From Mesotaenium endlicherianum (Eukaryota), in NCBI GenBank assembly GCA_009602735.1, contig WELA01001229.1, positions 106,820 to 170,819 on the forward strand: a stretch of DNA of 64,000 bases, given 5' to 3'. Positions 40,237-51,200 of the stretch are shown in pieces (the stretch's first letter is position 1; every line of letters begins with the position of its first letter). The notes beneath the pieces are model-generated. The model was not told the origin of the DNA. It was given only the letters and a program-made list of their open reading frames with translations, and did not search any database. A program made the position numbers and the translations under genes.

Positions 40237-41005
40237 TCACCCCCCCGATAGAAAAAGCGACGTCTCGGCGCGTCAAGTCAGGTCTTACACATGTGGAGCA
40301 AACTAGTCAACAGTTTCAAGTCAGATGCCACACATGTGAAGAGGACTAGTCAAAGGCGCCAAGTCAGGTGCTACACATGTAAGGTAGACTAGGCAAGGTC
40401 GTAGGTGGTGTGACCTTATTGGCTAGCCTACTCCTTAATGATAAAGAAAATTGTACAAGTTGGCCCAGAATCTGCCACGAACTCAAAAATTCATAGCGGC
40501 CACAGAACTGCTCCAAATCTGAAAATTCGAGTGCCAGACGGACCGCGTCGGAGAACTCTACCGGGTCACCAAATTTGAGAGCATTCTCATTTCTGGAGTG
40601 TCGTTGAGAGCTGAGAGAGTAGGCACTCCTCCAAATCTGTGCAGAAACTTCTGAAAATCATAAGTCCTTCTATACTTCTCCAAATTCTGCAAACTAAGTC
40701 TCAAACTGGGCGCTGTAAGATGTTCTACCAGAGTCTTGAGTTTCAGAGCATTCCAAGTTCAGGGGAAGGCACAATGTCAGAAGGCATATTCTGTCCTAAC
40801 AATGCCAGCAGCCTGACCCCCTTCTACTTAGAGCATCATATCTCTCTCACCAGTGCTCCAAATTGAGCAAACTTGGACTCTAAATGACCGGCTACTCATG
40901 GACTACAGCCAGGTAAATTTTCAGAATTTATTATGCAGAGACCTATTACCAGTAGCAGTTTTAGTTTTCTGTCCAGAAACTGCGAGAAGAGAAGAGTGTC
41001 TAATG

Positions 41006-44000
41006 TCAATTTTTCCTCTTTCTTGTTCTTGCAGGCTGCCTCCAAGGGGTCTTCTGCTGCTTCTTGATGGTGGCAGGCTGCCTCCCTGAAGTCTTCGGGC
41101 TTCTAGTAGAGAGACTTGGGGCTGGTCCAAGATGGGGGTTGGCGGCATGGAAGCGCTTCAACTTTCTCTGAACTTTGTCAAGGTAGTGCGCCGCCACCCA
41201 ACTATTCTCCGAATCTGGATATCCTTTCCACTTGATCAAGTATTGCTGCTGTCTCCTGAAATTTCTCATAGCCACTATGTCTTCCACTTCGTACTCCAAA
41301 TGATCATCCACTATTGTTGGGGCTGGTGGGGTTGTCACACGTCCTGGGAACTTGTTGTCGGGTTGCACATATGGCTTGAAGAGGGAAGCGTGGAATACGG
41401 GGTCGATGTGCATAGTCTGGGGAAGTTCTAGCTTGAAAGCAACGGGGTTGACTTGCTGGATAATCTTGAAGGGTCCCAAATACTTGGGAGAGAACTTGCT
41501 GCCGGCAGGCCTGTTGTTCAGGGAAATGTTCTTGGATGATAGTAACACGTTGTCACCCACTCTGTACGTAATTTCTCTTCTGGATCTGTTCGCCACTCTT
41601 GCTTGAGCATCTTGCGCGTGTTGTAGAGCTTTCTTCGCTGCTGTAAGGGCTGCTTCTAATGTCTCCATAAAATCTGTGGCTGCAGGTACTTCATCATGGC
41701 CAGCCGTGAAGCTCAGTGGCGTGGTCGGATGGAAGCCATAGTTGAGGAAGAATGGGGACTCTTGGGTAGAGGCCTGCGTAGTGTTGTTGTAGGCAAACTC
41801 GAGGGGGGTCAAGTACATGTCCCAGTCTTGCTCGAGGGTAGACACGTAGGCCTTTAGAGAGGTCTTTAGGGTACGATTCATACGCTCGGTTTGCCCATCT
41901 GATTGTGGGTGGTAGGCAGTAGACATATCCAGCGATGTACCCAAGTTCTTGAAGAGATTTTTCCAGAAATGGCTTGTGAATCTTGGATCTCTATCTGACA
42001 CAATTCTTGATGGTAGTCCATGGAGTCGGAAGATGTTGTCAAAGATGAGTCTTGCAAGTTGTGGTGCTGTAGCCTTAGTCGTCGTGGGAATAAAATGAGC
42101 CATCTTGGTAAGTCTGTCCACCACCGTGAGTATTGCATTATGGCCTCGAGGTGTCACGGGCAAGTCCACGATAAGGTCCATTGAGATGTCCGTCCATTGT
42201 CTTTCGGGGATTGGTAGTGGTTGGAGGAGTCCTCCCGCCTTTTGCGATGATGGCTTGATTCTTTGGCATGTGTCACAGCTCCTGCAGTACTCCTTGACTT
42301 GCTTAGACATGCCTGGCCAACAATAAGTCCTAGCTAGAACGCCCGTGGTCCTTAGGATTCCAAAGTGTCCTCCAAGAGGGTTGTCGTGTGCTTCTCGTAG
42401 AAGCAAGAGCCGGAGGTCTAAGTCATTAGGAACACATCTCTGGCCCGTATCTTGCCTCACCCAATAATTGCCTTCTTGCTTCTTGCATGGGTCCAAGGCT
42501 GCTTCTCCGTTCTTGTAGTAAGGGTCTCTTTCATAGGCGGCTGAAAATCGAGCTTCCAGATCTGTCTTCAGGGATACCATCACTGCATTTAATTGCAGTC
42601 TTGAGAGGGGGTCAGCCGGGTTTGTCTTGCCGGGCTGGTACTGAATCGTGATGTTGTATTGTTGCAAGTATCCGCTCCATCTTGCTTGTCTCCTTGAGAG
42701 ATACGGCTGCGTCTGGAGGTGCTTTAACGCCTCGTGGTCCGTGGTGACCAGTACTTTGCGTCCTTCAACGTAGCAGCGCCAAACCTTCAAGGCATGTACA
42801 ATCGCCAATGCCTCTCGCTCCGTGGTTGTATAATTTTGCTCGGCTGGATTTAGCTTCCTTGACTCGTAGGCGATGGGCTGCAGTCCCTTGCCTTGGTCTT
42901 GAAGCAGGATTGCTCCTATTGCATAGGAAGATGCATCGGTGATGACGTGGAAGGGCCAATCTGGGTTTGGACTTGGGAGTGTGAGCACCGGGGATGTGGT
43001 CAATCTTCGCTTTAACTCTTGAAATGCCTCTTCCTCTTTCTCGGTCCATGTATATAGCCTGTCCTTCTTGAGTAGATCTGTCAGGGGGGCTGCTATGTGC
43101 GAGAAGCCTTGGATGAATTTTCTGTACCAATTGGCAAATCCCAAGAATGACTGGAGTTCTTTCTTGGTCGTGGGGGTTGGCCATTCCTCCACCACCGTGG
43201 TCTTCTTGGGGTCTATCTTGATGCCATCAGCAGTCACGTGGAGACCTAGGAACTCCACTTCTTGTTTGGCAAACTCGCATTTTGACTCCTTCGCAAACAG
43301 CTTGTTTTGCTTCAATACTTCAAGGACTTCTTTCAAGTGTCTCGCATGCTCTTCAAGGGTCTTGCTGTAGATAAGGATGTCATCGATGAATACCACCACA
43401 AATCTGTCCAACATGGGCTGAAATATGGTGTTCATCATAGTCATGAAAGTTGCTGGCGCGTTGGTGAGTCCAAATGGCAGGACCATGAACTCAAAATGTC
43501 CATATCTTGTCCTGAATGCCGTCTTCTCTATGTCCGGTTCTGCGATGCGAATCTGGTGGTAGCCGCTCCGTAAGTCAATCTTCGTGAAGTACTTGGCTCC
43601 AACCAGCCGGTCCATGAGCTCATCCATGCGCGGCAGCGGGTATCGATTCTTGATGGTGATCTTGTTGAGGGCGCGATAGTCCACACACATCCTCAAGGTA
43701 CCATCTTTCTTCTTGACAAATAGCACCGGGGCTCCAAATGGCGACTTGCTAGGTCGAATGAAGCCATGCTCCAGTAGCTCCTTGATTTGCTTCTTGACTT
43801 CGTCTAGCTCCGTGTATGACATTTTGAACGTAGGCCGAGAGATGGGCTTGCTTCCGGGCTCCAACTCTATCTTGTGGTCTACGAATCTTTTGGGGGGTAG
43901 GCCCTTGGGCAATTCCGGGGAGAACACTTCTTTGTAGTCCTCAAAGACTTCTTGTATCTCCTTGGGAACGGGGCTGCCTTCTTGACTCTCGATGTCTTTC

Positions 44001-44614
44001 TTGATGTCTTTTGGCGTGATCAAGGCCAAAAGAAGCTCGTGTCCCTTCCTCACAAGTCTCTTGAGTTGGAGGGCGGACAATAGTATCTCGTGTGCCGGCT
44101 TCTGGATGTCTTGGGTCTGGATATTCTGGATTGCGCGCAAAATACAGATTCTTGAAGTGATGTCATTCTTGATCTTGATAGTACCGGTCCTCCAATCAAC
44201 TTGGGGGTTGTGCTTGGTCAACCAAGGCGTCCCTAGGATGACGTCGTACTTGCCCAATTGCATGGGGGAGAACACTACTCTATCCTTGAAGGACTTGATA
44301 GAGAGTGCCAAGGGGTACGTCTTCTTGGAAGGGGTAGTATAGGAGAATCCATCGGGCATCATAATCTCCTCGTCGTGGTCAAGAGTTCGCATAGTAATAC
44401 CGTGCTTGGTGGCAAAATCTGCAGCAATGAAGTTGCCTTGAGCTCCGCTATCCACCAAGATGTGGACCTTCTCTCCTCCAAGGTAACCTCTCAAACTCAT
44501 TGGGGCTGGAACGTCGTCTTCAACGGGGGTCTCCACCTCACTTGGCGTGTTGCCTTCTCGTGAAGTGGGTCTTGGGGTGGTAGGCTCCTGGCCTACCGGC
44601 GCTGTCCGTTTTTT
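41006..44614 (-). CDS. pol: B2 Pol: protease-RT-RNase H-integrase-chromodomain (in the -1 frame relative to gag)
   Basis: Uninterrupted 1221-aa ORF (41006-44671) with [31 protein letters not shown] and [22 protein letters not shown] motifs. Confidence 0.95.
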   Translation of the reverse strand, partial: KKRTAPVGQEPTTPRPTSREGNTPSEVETPVEDDVPAPMSLRGYLGGEKVHILVDSGAQGNFIAADFATKHGITMRTLDHDEEIMMPDGFSYTTPSKKTYPLALSIKSFKDRVVFSPMQLGKYDVILGTPWLTKHNPQVDWRTGTIKIKNDITSRICILRAIQNIQTQDIQKPAHEILLSALQLKRLVRKGHELLLALITPKDIKKDIESQEGSPVPKEIQEVFEDYKEVFSPELPKGLPPKRFVDHKIELEPGSKPISRPTFKMSYTELDEVKKQIKELLEHGFIRPSKSPFGAPVLFVKKKDGTLRMCVDYRALNKITIKNRYPLPRMDELMDRLVGAKYFTKIDLRSGYHQIRIAEPDIEKTAFRTRYGHFEFMVLPFGLTNAPATFMTMMNTIFQPMLDRFVVVFIDDILIYSKTLEEHARHLKEVLEVLKQNKLFAKESKCEFAKQEVEFLGLHVTADGIKIDPKKTTVVEEWPTPTTKKELQSFLGFANWYRKFIQGFSHIAAPLTDLLKKDRLYTWTEKEEEAFQELKRRLTTSPVLTLPSPNPDWPFHVITDASSYAIGAILLQDQGKGLQPIAYESRKLNPAEQNYTTTEREALAIVHALKVWRCYVEGRKVLVTTDHEALKHLQTQPYLSRRQARWSGYLQQYNITIQYQPGKTNPADPLSRLQLNAVMVSLKTDLEARFSAAYERDPYYKNGEAALDPCKKQEGNYWVRQDTGQRCVPNDLDLRLLLLREAHDNPLGGHFGILRTTGVLARTYCWPGMSKQVKEYCRSCDTCQRIKPSSQKAGGLLQPLPIPERQWTDISMDLIVDLPVTPRGHNAILTVVDRLTKMAHFIPTTTKATAPQLARLIFDNIFRLHGLPSRIVSDRDPRFTSHFWKNLFKNLGTSLDMSTAYHPQSDGQTERMNRTLKTSLKAYVSTLEQDWDMYLTPLEFAYNNTTQASTQESPFFLNYGFHPTTPLSFTAGHDEVPAATDFMETLEAALTAAKKALQHAQDAQARVANRSRREITYRVGDNVLLSSKNISLNNRPAGSKFSPKYLGPFKIIQQVNPVAFKLELPQTMHIDPVFHASLFKPYVQPDNKFPGRVTTPPAPTIVDDHLEYEVEDIVAMRNFRRQQQYLIKWKGYPDSENSWVAAHYLDKVQRKLKRFHAANPHLGPAPSLSTRSPKTSGRQPATIKKQQKTPWRQPARTRKRKN

Positions 44615-45873
44615 GACAACTTTTTGGGGCATGAAAGTGCACGATGGCCCTTTTCCTTGCAATAGAAGCATAGTCCAGCCGTCATGAGAGCTTCTTTTTC
44701 AGCCGGGGAGAGTCTTGCTTTCACTCCTTGCTGGTTTCTTGCATCATAAGTGTCATTGGAGGGTCTTCCACTCTTCCGGGCAGCCGCGGGGTCCCTTTTA
44801 ATAACTCCGATTTCCATGGGTGTGGGTCCAGATTCGGATGTGGAAGGGGCTGCGTACACCCGCGTCGTCGGTACCCGTGAAGATGAAGGCACGGAGTGCT
44901 TGAAATCCAAGGTATCCACCTTTTGGGCCACTTCAATGATCTTTGAGAAGTCCGTCAAGTCGCGTAACTCCACTTCCTTTGCCACCTTGGGTTTGAGGCC
45001 AAAGATGTAACGGTCAATCTTCTCCTCGAGAGACATGTTGGGGATCTCAAGAGTGAGGGCGTGAAATCTGGATGTATACTCTTGAACGGACGTCGTTTGC
45101 TTGAGATGGTGGAGCTTTCCTCGGGCAATCTTCTCCGCATTGATGGGCATGAATTGCTTCTTGAGGGCCTCACGAAAATCTGCCCATCTTGCATATGATG
45201 GTGGGGGCTCTTGGCCGAGCATGGGGTGCGCCATAGCTTGATATATAGCCGCTTGATAGTTACGCCACCATGATGTTGCTGCTCCTCTAAGTAAGGTAAC
45301 GGCAAAGGGAACGTAGTCCTCCTCGGGTACTTCAAGGAACGCGAGGTACGTCTCCACTTGGTAGAGCCATAAATTCAGGTTGGCACCTTTCCCGGGGTTG
45401 AAAGTGTCGGGTTTGCCGGGCTTGATGAGTTTCCTTGCTCTCGTTGGCTCTTGTGGAGGCGCTTGAGCCGGGGCTGGATTTTGAGCATTGCTCGCAATAG
45501 GGGCAACCATGGCAGCCATAGCTTCTCTTGACGCTTGCACGGTTGCTTCATAGGTGGCCAAGCCCACTTGGTTGTGGACGGTCATTAGGAAGGCTGCCCA
45601 CTCATTTGCGGGAACTCCTTGTGGTGGGGTCAACTTTGCTATAGCGGCTGCCACGGGATTTGACGGTGCTCCTCCTTGTGGTGCTTCTTGTTGTTGCAGA
45701 TTTCCTTGAGTAGGCTCTCCCATCGACGCTGGAGGAGGGTGTGCTCCTCCTTGTGGTGCTTCTTGTTGTTGCAGATTTTCTTGAGTGGGCTCTCCCATCG
45801 GCGCTGGAGGAGGGTGTCTTGGAGAGGAAGGGCTTCCTTCGAAAGCTTGCTGTTGGTCTTGAGGATCGGCCAT
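44593..45873 (-). CDS. gag: B2 Gag (426 aa)
   Basis: ATG just after the [24 protein letters not shown] and [14 protein letters not shown] motifs. Confidence 0.95.
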   Translation of the reverse strand: MADPQDQQQAFEGSPSSPRHPPPAPMGEPTQENLQQQEAPQGGAHPPPASMGEPTQGNLQQQEAPQGGAPSNPVAAAIAKLTPPQGVPANEWAAFLMTVHNQVGLATYEATVQASREAMAAMVAPIASNAQNPAPAQAPPQEPTRARKLIKPGKPDTFNPGKGANLNLWLYQVETYLAFLEVPEEDYVPFAVTLLRGAATSWWRNYQAAIYQAMAHPMLGQEPPPSYARWADFREALKKQFMPINAEKIARGKLHHLKQTTSVQEYTSRFHALTLEIPNMSLEEKIDRYIFGLKPKVAKEVELRDLTDFSKIIEVAQKVDTLDFKHSVPSSSRVPTTRVYAAPSTSESGPTPMEIGVIKRDPAAARKSGRPSNDTYDARNQQGVKARLSPAEKEALMTAGLCFYCKEKGHRALSCPKKLSKNGQRR

Positions 45874-45910
45874 CTTCTTGTGCTACCAAAGTGCCTAGCT
45901 CCGATACCAC

Positions 45911-46414
45911 TGTAGTGAAACAGATAGATAAAGTACTTAGTAAAACAGAATACTTTATCTATTCAAGACAAGGATCTTTGAACACAAGTGGTACCTTCTT
46001 GAAAGAGAGATGGCTTCTTGAAAGTTAATATATTTCTGGATTTTGGCAAGTACAAGAGTGATTCTGGAATGTCTTTCTATGTTCTACCTCTTGTTTATAT
46101 ACTTGCTACATAAATAAATTTCTAGGAAGGTGTATGTTGATGTGTTGGCACCCAACACATCCCAAAACTTGCCACCTCTTTCTAGAATAATGTACACATG
46201 TCCTTTTGACCTAAAAATGGCACATTTGACTTTTGCCACATGGAGTTCTTCTAGGTCTTTCCTCTAACTTCGAAAATGCCTTGGAAGATACAAAGGACAT
46301 GAACCAAGTTACTAGAGTACCTATTCACACTTGACTCCACACAATACCACTCCAAATATATTTGAAAACATAAAAATATATGCATACTAATATATAATAA
46401 CTCAAATCACTACA
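45911..46414 (-). repeat. B2 5' LTR
   Basis: Adjacent to PBS TGGTATCGGAGC. Confidence 0.95.
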
Positions 46415-47993
46415 CTGTTTGCTCTAAAGTTGGCCCTCGAGGAGAACGGAGGATGGTGGCCTGCTCTTCAACCACTTGGGTGTTGATTCCCACATAGACA
46501 GGCATTCCAGTAGGATGCTGAAATACATTGGCTAGAGGTACATGCCCCTGAGCGGAGGAGGAGGCTGGCATACCTCTGGCCCACCCGCGTGTCCCTCTTC
46601 TGGCACCCCTGTCCTCTGGGGATTTCTGTCTGTGTCTGCTGCCCAGTACAGTCAGATCAGCTTCTTCCCCTGCTTGGGCAGGTGGGCTGGGGGAGCGAGC
46701 GCGGGGTCCAGTTGTCGCCATAACGGGGATCACATTCCACACACCTGATCGTGGTTCTTTAGGAAGTGCCACTGCCTGTCCCTGGGTATCCTGAGAACCT
46801 GCTGCTGATGATTCTCCTCTGCTTTGTTCTTCTTCCTCATCCTCCTCATCCTCCTCCTCGGAGAGAGTAGGGGTCTCGTCCACTAAGTCGTCCTGCTCCC
46901 TAGTAGACATGGAGTAGTCTACCGACCTCCCTTTCTTAGGGCGCGCTGGAGGTTGCTTGGCCTTCAGCCTGCTGATATCTATCCGGCCTGCATTCTTTGC
47001 CCATTTGACAAAGGCATGCTTTCCCTTAGAGAAGTAGTCTCTTCCCCTCCTCCTATGCTCCTTGGTCTCTGCATTCATATTGCTCAGGCATCCATTCAGC
47101 CTGGGGTCCCAAGGGGCAATGTGAGGTGGTAGGATGAGATAGCCGTCTAGGCCATAGTGGAAGTCATCCGGTTGGGCTCGGTCACACTCCTGCTTCTTAT
47201 TTGTGACGGTCATCCACCTCCAGTCTGTTGGCTGCTGGTAGTACTGGGGTCCGTGCTCAGCCTTCCTCAGTTTACACGGGAACCAGTGGGGAGAGAACAT
47301 CTGCTGTCCTGCTTCCCTGGCCAAGTACTCCCAGCTCCTTCTCTCAACTTCATTGTAAGCTGGCAGGAGTGTGAGGTAGAATACCGTATCCTTAAAGCTA
47401 TCGGGCCGCATGCTCACCATCCGGATGAGTCTCTGATCTCCCACTATTCCCGGTATGGGGACCGGCTTGTCCTCTGAATCATCTGCGAGATACCGGGCCT
47501 GCTCTGCTGTATAGCCCACCATCTTAGCATAATCTTCGTAAAGGACCACGCCGGTGTGTGTCTCGATGTACCTGTCCAGTGCTGTAGCTCCTTCCTTCTG
47601 TAGCAGTGTTGTCTGTTCCAGCCTGTTGATCTCCTGGGCTGCCAGCAATGCTTCCTTCAGGTTATCGAAGTTTTGGCCACCCACCACAGTATACCTGTAA
47701 GTGGCCAAGCTCTTCTGTCTGTCCGCTTCAATCTTTTTTCTTTTCTCCTCTTCTGCCGCTGCCGCTTCTTCTTGCTGTTTCTTCTGTCTCTCCTCCTCAG
47801 CCTTCCTGAGGTTTTCCGCTTCCTGATCCTTCTTCCTCTGTGCCTCTTCTGCCGCCTCTTGTTGTTTGCGGACCCTTTCTTGTTCTCTCCTGGTGAGGGA
47901 CGTCGCCGCCAGCTCCTTCTGGTATTGCTCCATTGTCCTCCTGGCTTCTTCTGCCTTGCGCTTTCTGTCCTCCTTTTGTGTGGTGGGCGCCAT
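46415..47993 (-). CDS. A3 accessory ORF3, protein of unknown function (last ~32 codons displaced by B2)
   Basis: Open frame 46410-48017. Likely ATG at 47993 (MAPTTQKEDRKRKAEEA aligns with A2 MTQKSELKRKRRAEEA). Homologs occur in A2 and A0. Confidence 0.87.
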
Positions 47994-48260
47994 CCTGCAC
48001 ATGTAACCAGGGCACAAGTTAGTAGGATATGGACCTTTGTCATAGGGATTGCAGGAAGTATGTTAGTATTTAGTATAGTGGCTTCGCTGCTGTTTACCTT
48101 ACAGGATGATTGCTAAAAGTTGACGTAGTTGCGATGCGCTACACATAAACGTATGAGTGTGTTTTTATCGCTCTCGCTCACTAACTGTCATATATTTTCC
48201 CCTCCAACTTAAATGGAGACAGGACCGCCTGTCACCTTCCCGTGTCAACTGAAATGACAG

Positions 48261-51200
48261 TTATGGAGGGACTCCAGCGGCCCGAAGGTGGAACCGTGTC
48301 AACGCCCCTTTGGCATTGGTCAAGTGGTCCTTAAACTCCCAAGTGTCCCCAGAGGCATCGTAACCCTTCCATCGAATGAGGTATTTCATGACATATTTAG
48401 ACGATCGACGGACCGAGCGAGCGTCTAAAATCTCATCGACCTCATATTCCTCAGGGTCGCCGTCCCGGACAGCGGGGACCGGTCCCGGTTGGACAGGGAA
48501 CCGACCTGTGAACAGTGTATCACCTTTGATGTACGGTTCCAGGAAGGAGACATTAAAGACCGGGTGCCCCTTGTATTCAGCTGACATGTTCAGTTTGTAA
48601 GCATTCTGACCGACACGACGGACCACCGAATATGGACCGACCCAGACAGGGCCAAGCTTTTTCTTGACCACACCAGGGAGGTACAGGTGCTGAGAATGCA
48701 GTTTGACTAAATCCCCCTTGGAAAATGTCAGTTCCCGACGGTGTTGATTAGCGTATTTTTGTTGGTTTTCTTGGGCCGTGTGCAAGTTTCGTTGGACTTC
48801 TGACAGGGTGTCAGCAAACTCCTGAGTTAACTGGAGGGAGACCGGGTTGTCAATCCCTTCAGGGTGAGTTAAAGATTCCCCTAGCACATCTAGAGGAGAC
48901 TTAGGGACTCTACCCAGGCTGAGTTCAAAAGGAGTTTTGCCCGTTGACGCGTGCACCGCACTGTTGACCGCAAACTGAATTTGAGGCAACAGGTCATCCC
49001 AATTATCTTGTTTTTGGTTAATATATGCTCTCAGCACCTCCTGCAGAACTCGGTTAGTTCTTTCAGTCTGCCCATCAGTCTGAGGGTGGTTTGCTGTGCT
49101 GAGCAGCTGTTTGACTCCCATTAACCCCATTAAAGCTCTCCAGAACTTAGAGGTGAATTTTGAGTCTCTGTCTGAGATGATATTAGAAGGGAGCCCATGT
49201 TGGCATACTACATGGTTGTAAAACTGTCTCGCTGTTTCGAGTGCAGTCACTTTGACAGTTGTGGGGATAAAAATGACCATTTTTGTCAGTTTATCCACGA
49301 CTACCAGTATTGAATCATGCCCGTTGGCAGTTCTTGGTAGTGAGACCACCCAGTCCATGGATATAGTTTCCCAGCGTCCCGCTGGGATGGGTAGCGGTTG
49401 CAAGAGACCTCCGGGTGGTGTGTGCCGAGACTTATTTCTCTGACACTGGTCACAGGACTTGACATATTTCAAGACCTCCCGGGGTAACCCCTCCCAATGA
49501 TAATGTTTTGCCAGTTTGCCAACAGTTTTGGCCTGCCCCAAATGTCCACCCAGGAGACTGTCATGAGCTTGACTCAGTAAGAGAGACCTTATTTCCAAAT
49601 TATTAGGAATGACCAGCTTCAGCCTGCCTGAAGTGGTTTCAGTCACCCAGACCCCTCCCTTGAGCTTATACCCGAGTGCGGTAGCACGACACATACCAGT
49701 AGTGGGGCTGGGCTCAAATGTTGGGTCAGAAAGGTAGGCTTTCCTAAGTTGTTCAAGGAAGGACTTTTTCACCTTTAGTGAAGTGAGTGCACACAGGACT
49801 TTATCTACAGCATGCTGACTAAAGTTCCTTTCTTGCAAGTCAGGTCTTCTAGAGAGTGCATCAGCAGGATTCAACTTCCCTGGTTTGTAGTCGATCTGGA
49901 CTTGGAACTGCTCCAGCATCTGGCTCCAGCGGTTCTCCCTCCTCGACAGCTTGGACTTCTTCTGAAAGTGGGTCAGAGCTAGATGATCTGTAATCACCTT
50001 AAAAGCTTTACCATGTAAGTATGCTCTCCACTGTTTGAGTACATGAATGATAGCTAGCAGCTCTTTATCATGCACTGAGTAATTAATCTCCGCTGGATTA
50101 AATTTCATAGACTCATACAACACAGGATGCCACTCCTGCCGTACCTTACCATCCTTTGTGGTTTTGTCAGCAGGTTGCAACAAAATAGCACCCATGGCAA
50201 AATCAGAGGCATCAGTAACCACCTGCACCGGTTTGCTGGGGTCATACACGGCTAGCACTGGGGCAGAACAAAGGGCATCTCTAAGGGTCTGGAAGGCAGC
50301 CTGCTGTTTTTCCCCCCTCACATACCCAAGGTCTTTCTTAGTAAGGTCAGTCAGTTTACTGGCCTTTGTGGAATAATTCTCAATAAATCGCCTATAGTAG
50401 TTAGCCAACCCGAGGAAGGATCTAACTTCAGAGACAGACTGTGGTACTGGCCAGTCCCTTATGGTCTGGACTTTCTTAGGATCCACACTGATGCCCTCTT
50501 TACTGACAACGTGGCCTAAGAATTCAATACTTTCCTTAAAGAAATCACACTTGCTCATCTTAGCATACAAGTGATTTTTCCGCAGAGTGTCCACGACTGT
50601 TTTTAAGTGTTCAGTGTGCTGAGCTTCATCTTTAGAGAAATTTAAAATATCATCCAGGAAAACTTGCACAAACTTATCCAAATAAGGTCTGAAAATGTCA
50701 TTCATAGCACCCATGAAGGTAGCAGGAGCATTAGTCAGTCCAAATGGCATCACGTTGAACTCATAGTGTCCATAACGTGTGCGGAAAGCAGTCTTGTGTT
50801 CATCCCCCTCAGCAATTCTGATTTGATGATAACCACTCTTGAGATCTATCTTACTGAACACCTTAGCGCCAGACAGGGTATCAAGCAAGTCCTCGATTCT
50901 GGGTAAAGCATACTTGTTCTTTACTGTAATTCTGTTCAGGGCTTTGTAATCCACACACATCCGCATACTGCCATCCTTCTTCTTAACAAATAGGATAGGT
51001 GCGCCGTACGGTGATTTACTGGGAGAAATGTAACCATTTTCCTCCAGCTCTGCAATCTATGTTTTCAACTCCTCCCTCTCCAAATAAGACAAGCCATACG
51101 TGCGTTGCCAAAGCGGCTGGCTACCAGGTAATAAATCAATCCTAGGATCTATTTCCCGCTTAGGGGGTAGTCCTGGAGGCATATTCAACACATCCGTGTA

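Larger units (their letters stand above)
39734..46414 (-). mobile_element. Family B chromovirus, copy B2, apparently intact
   Basis: TSD CTGTT at 39729-39733 and 46415-46419; LTRs 39734-40236 and 45911-46414; PBS 45898-45909; G-run PPT at ~40237-40248; open gag and pol. Confidence 0.96.

Noticed and set aside
41132..45915. Many short antisense or alternate-frame ORFs over gag/pol, repeated between copies
   Set aside because: Shadow ORFs of the real genes; their repetition reflects copy identity.
46410..48017. ORF3 as a retroviral env-like gene
   Set aside because: The position fits, but there is no signal peptide, transmembrane helix or fusion-peptide-like segment, and the composition looks nuclear or soluble.
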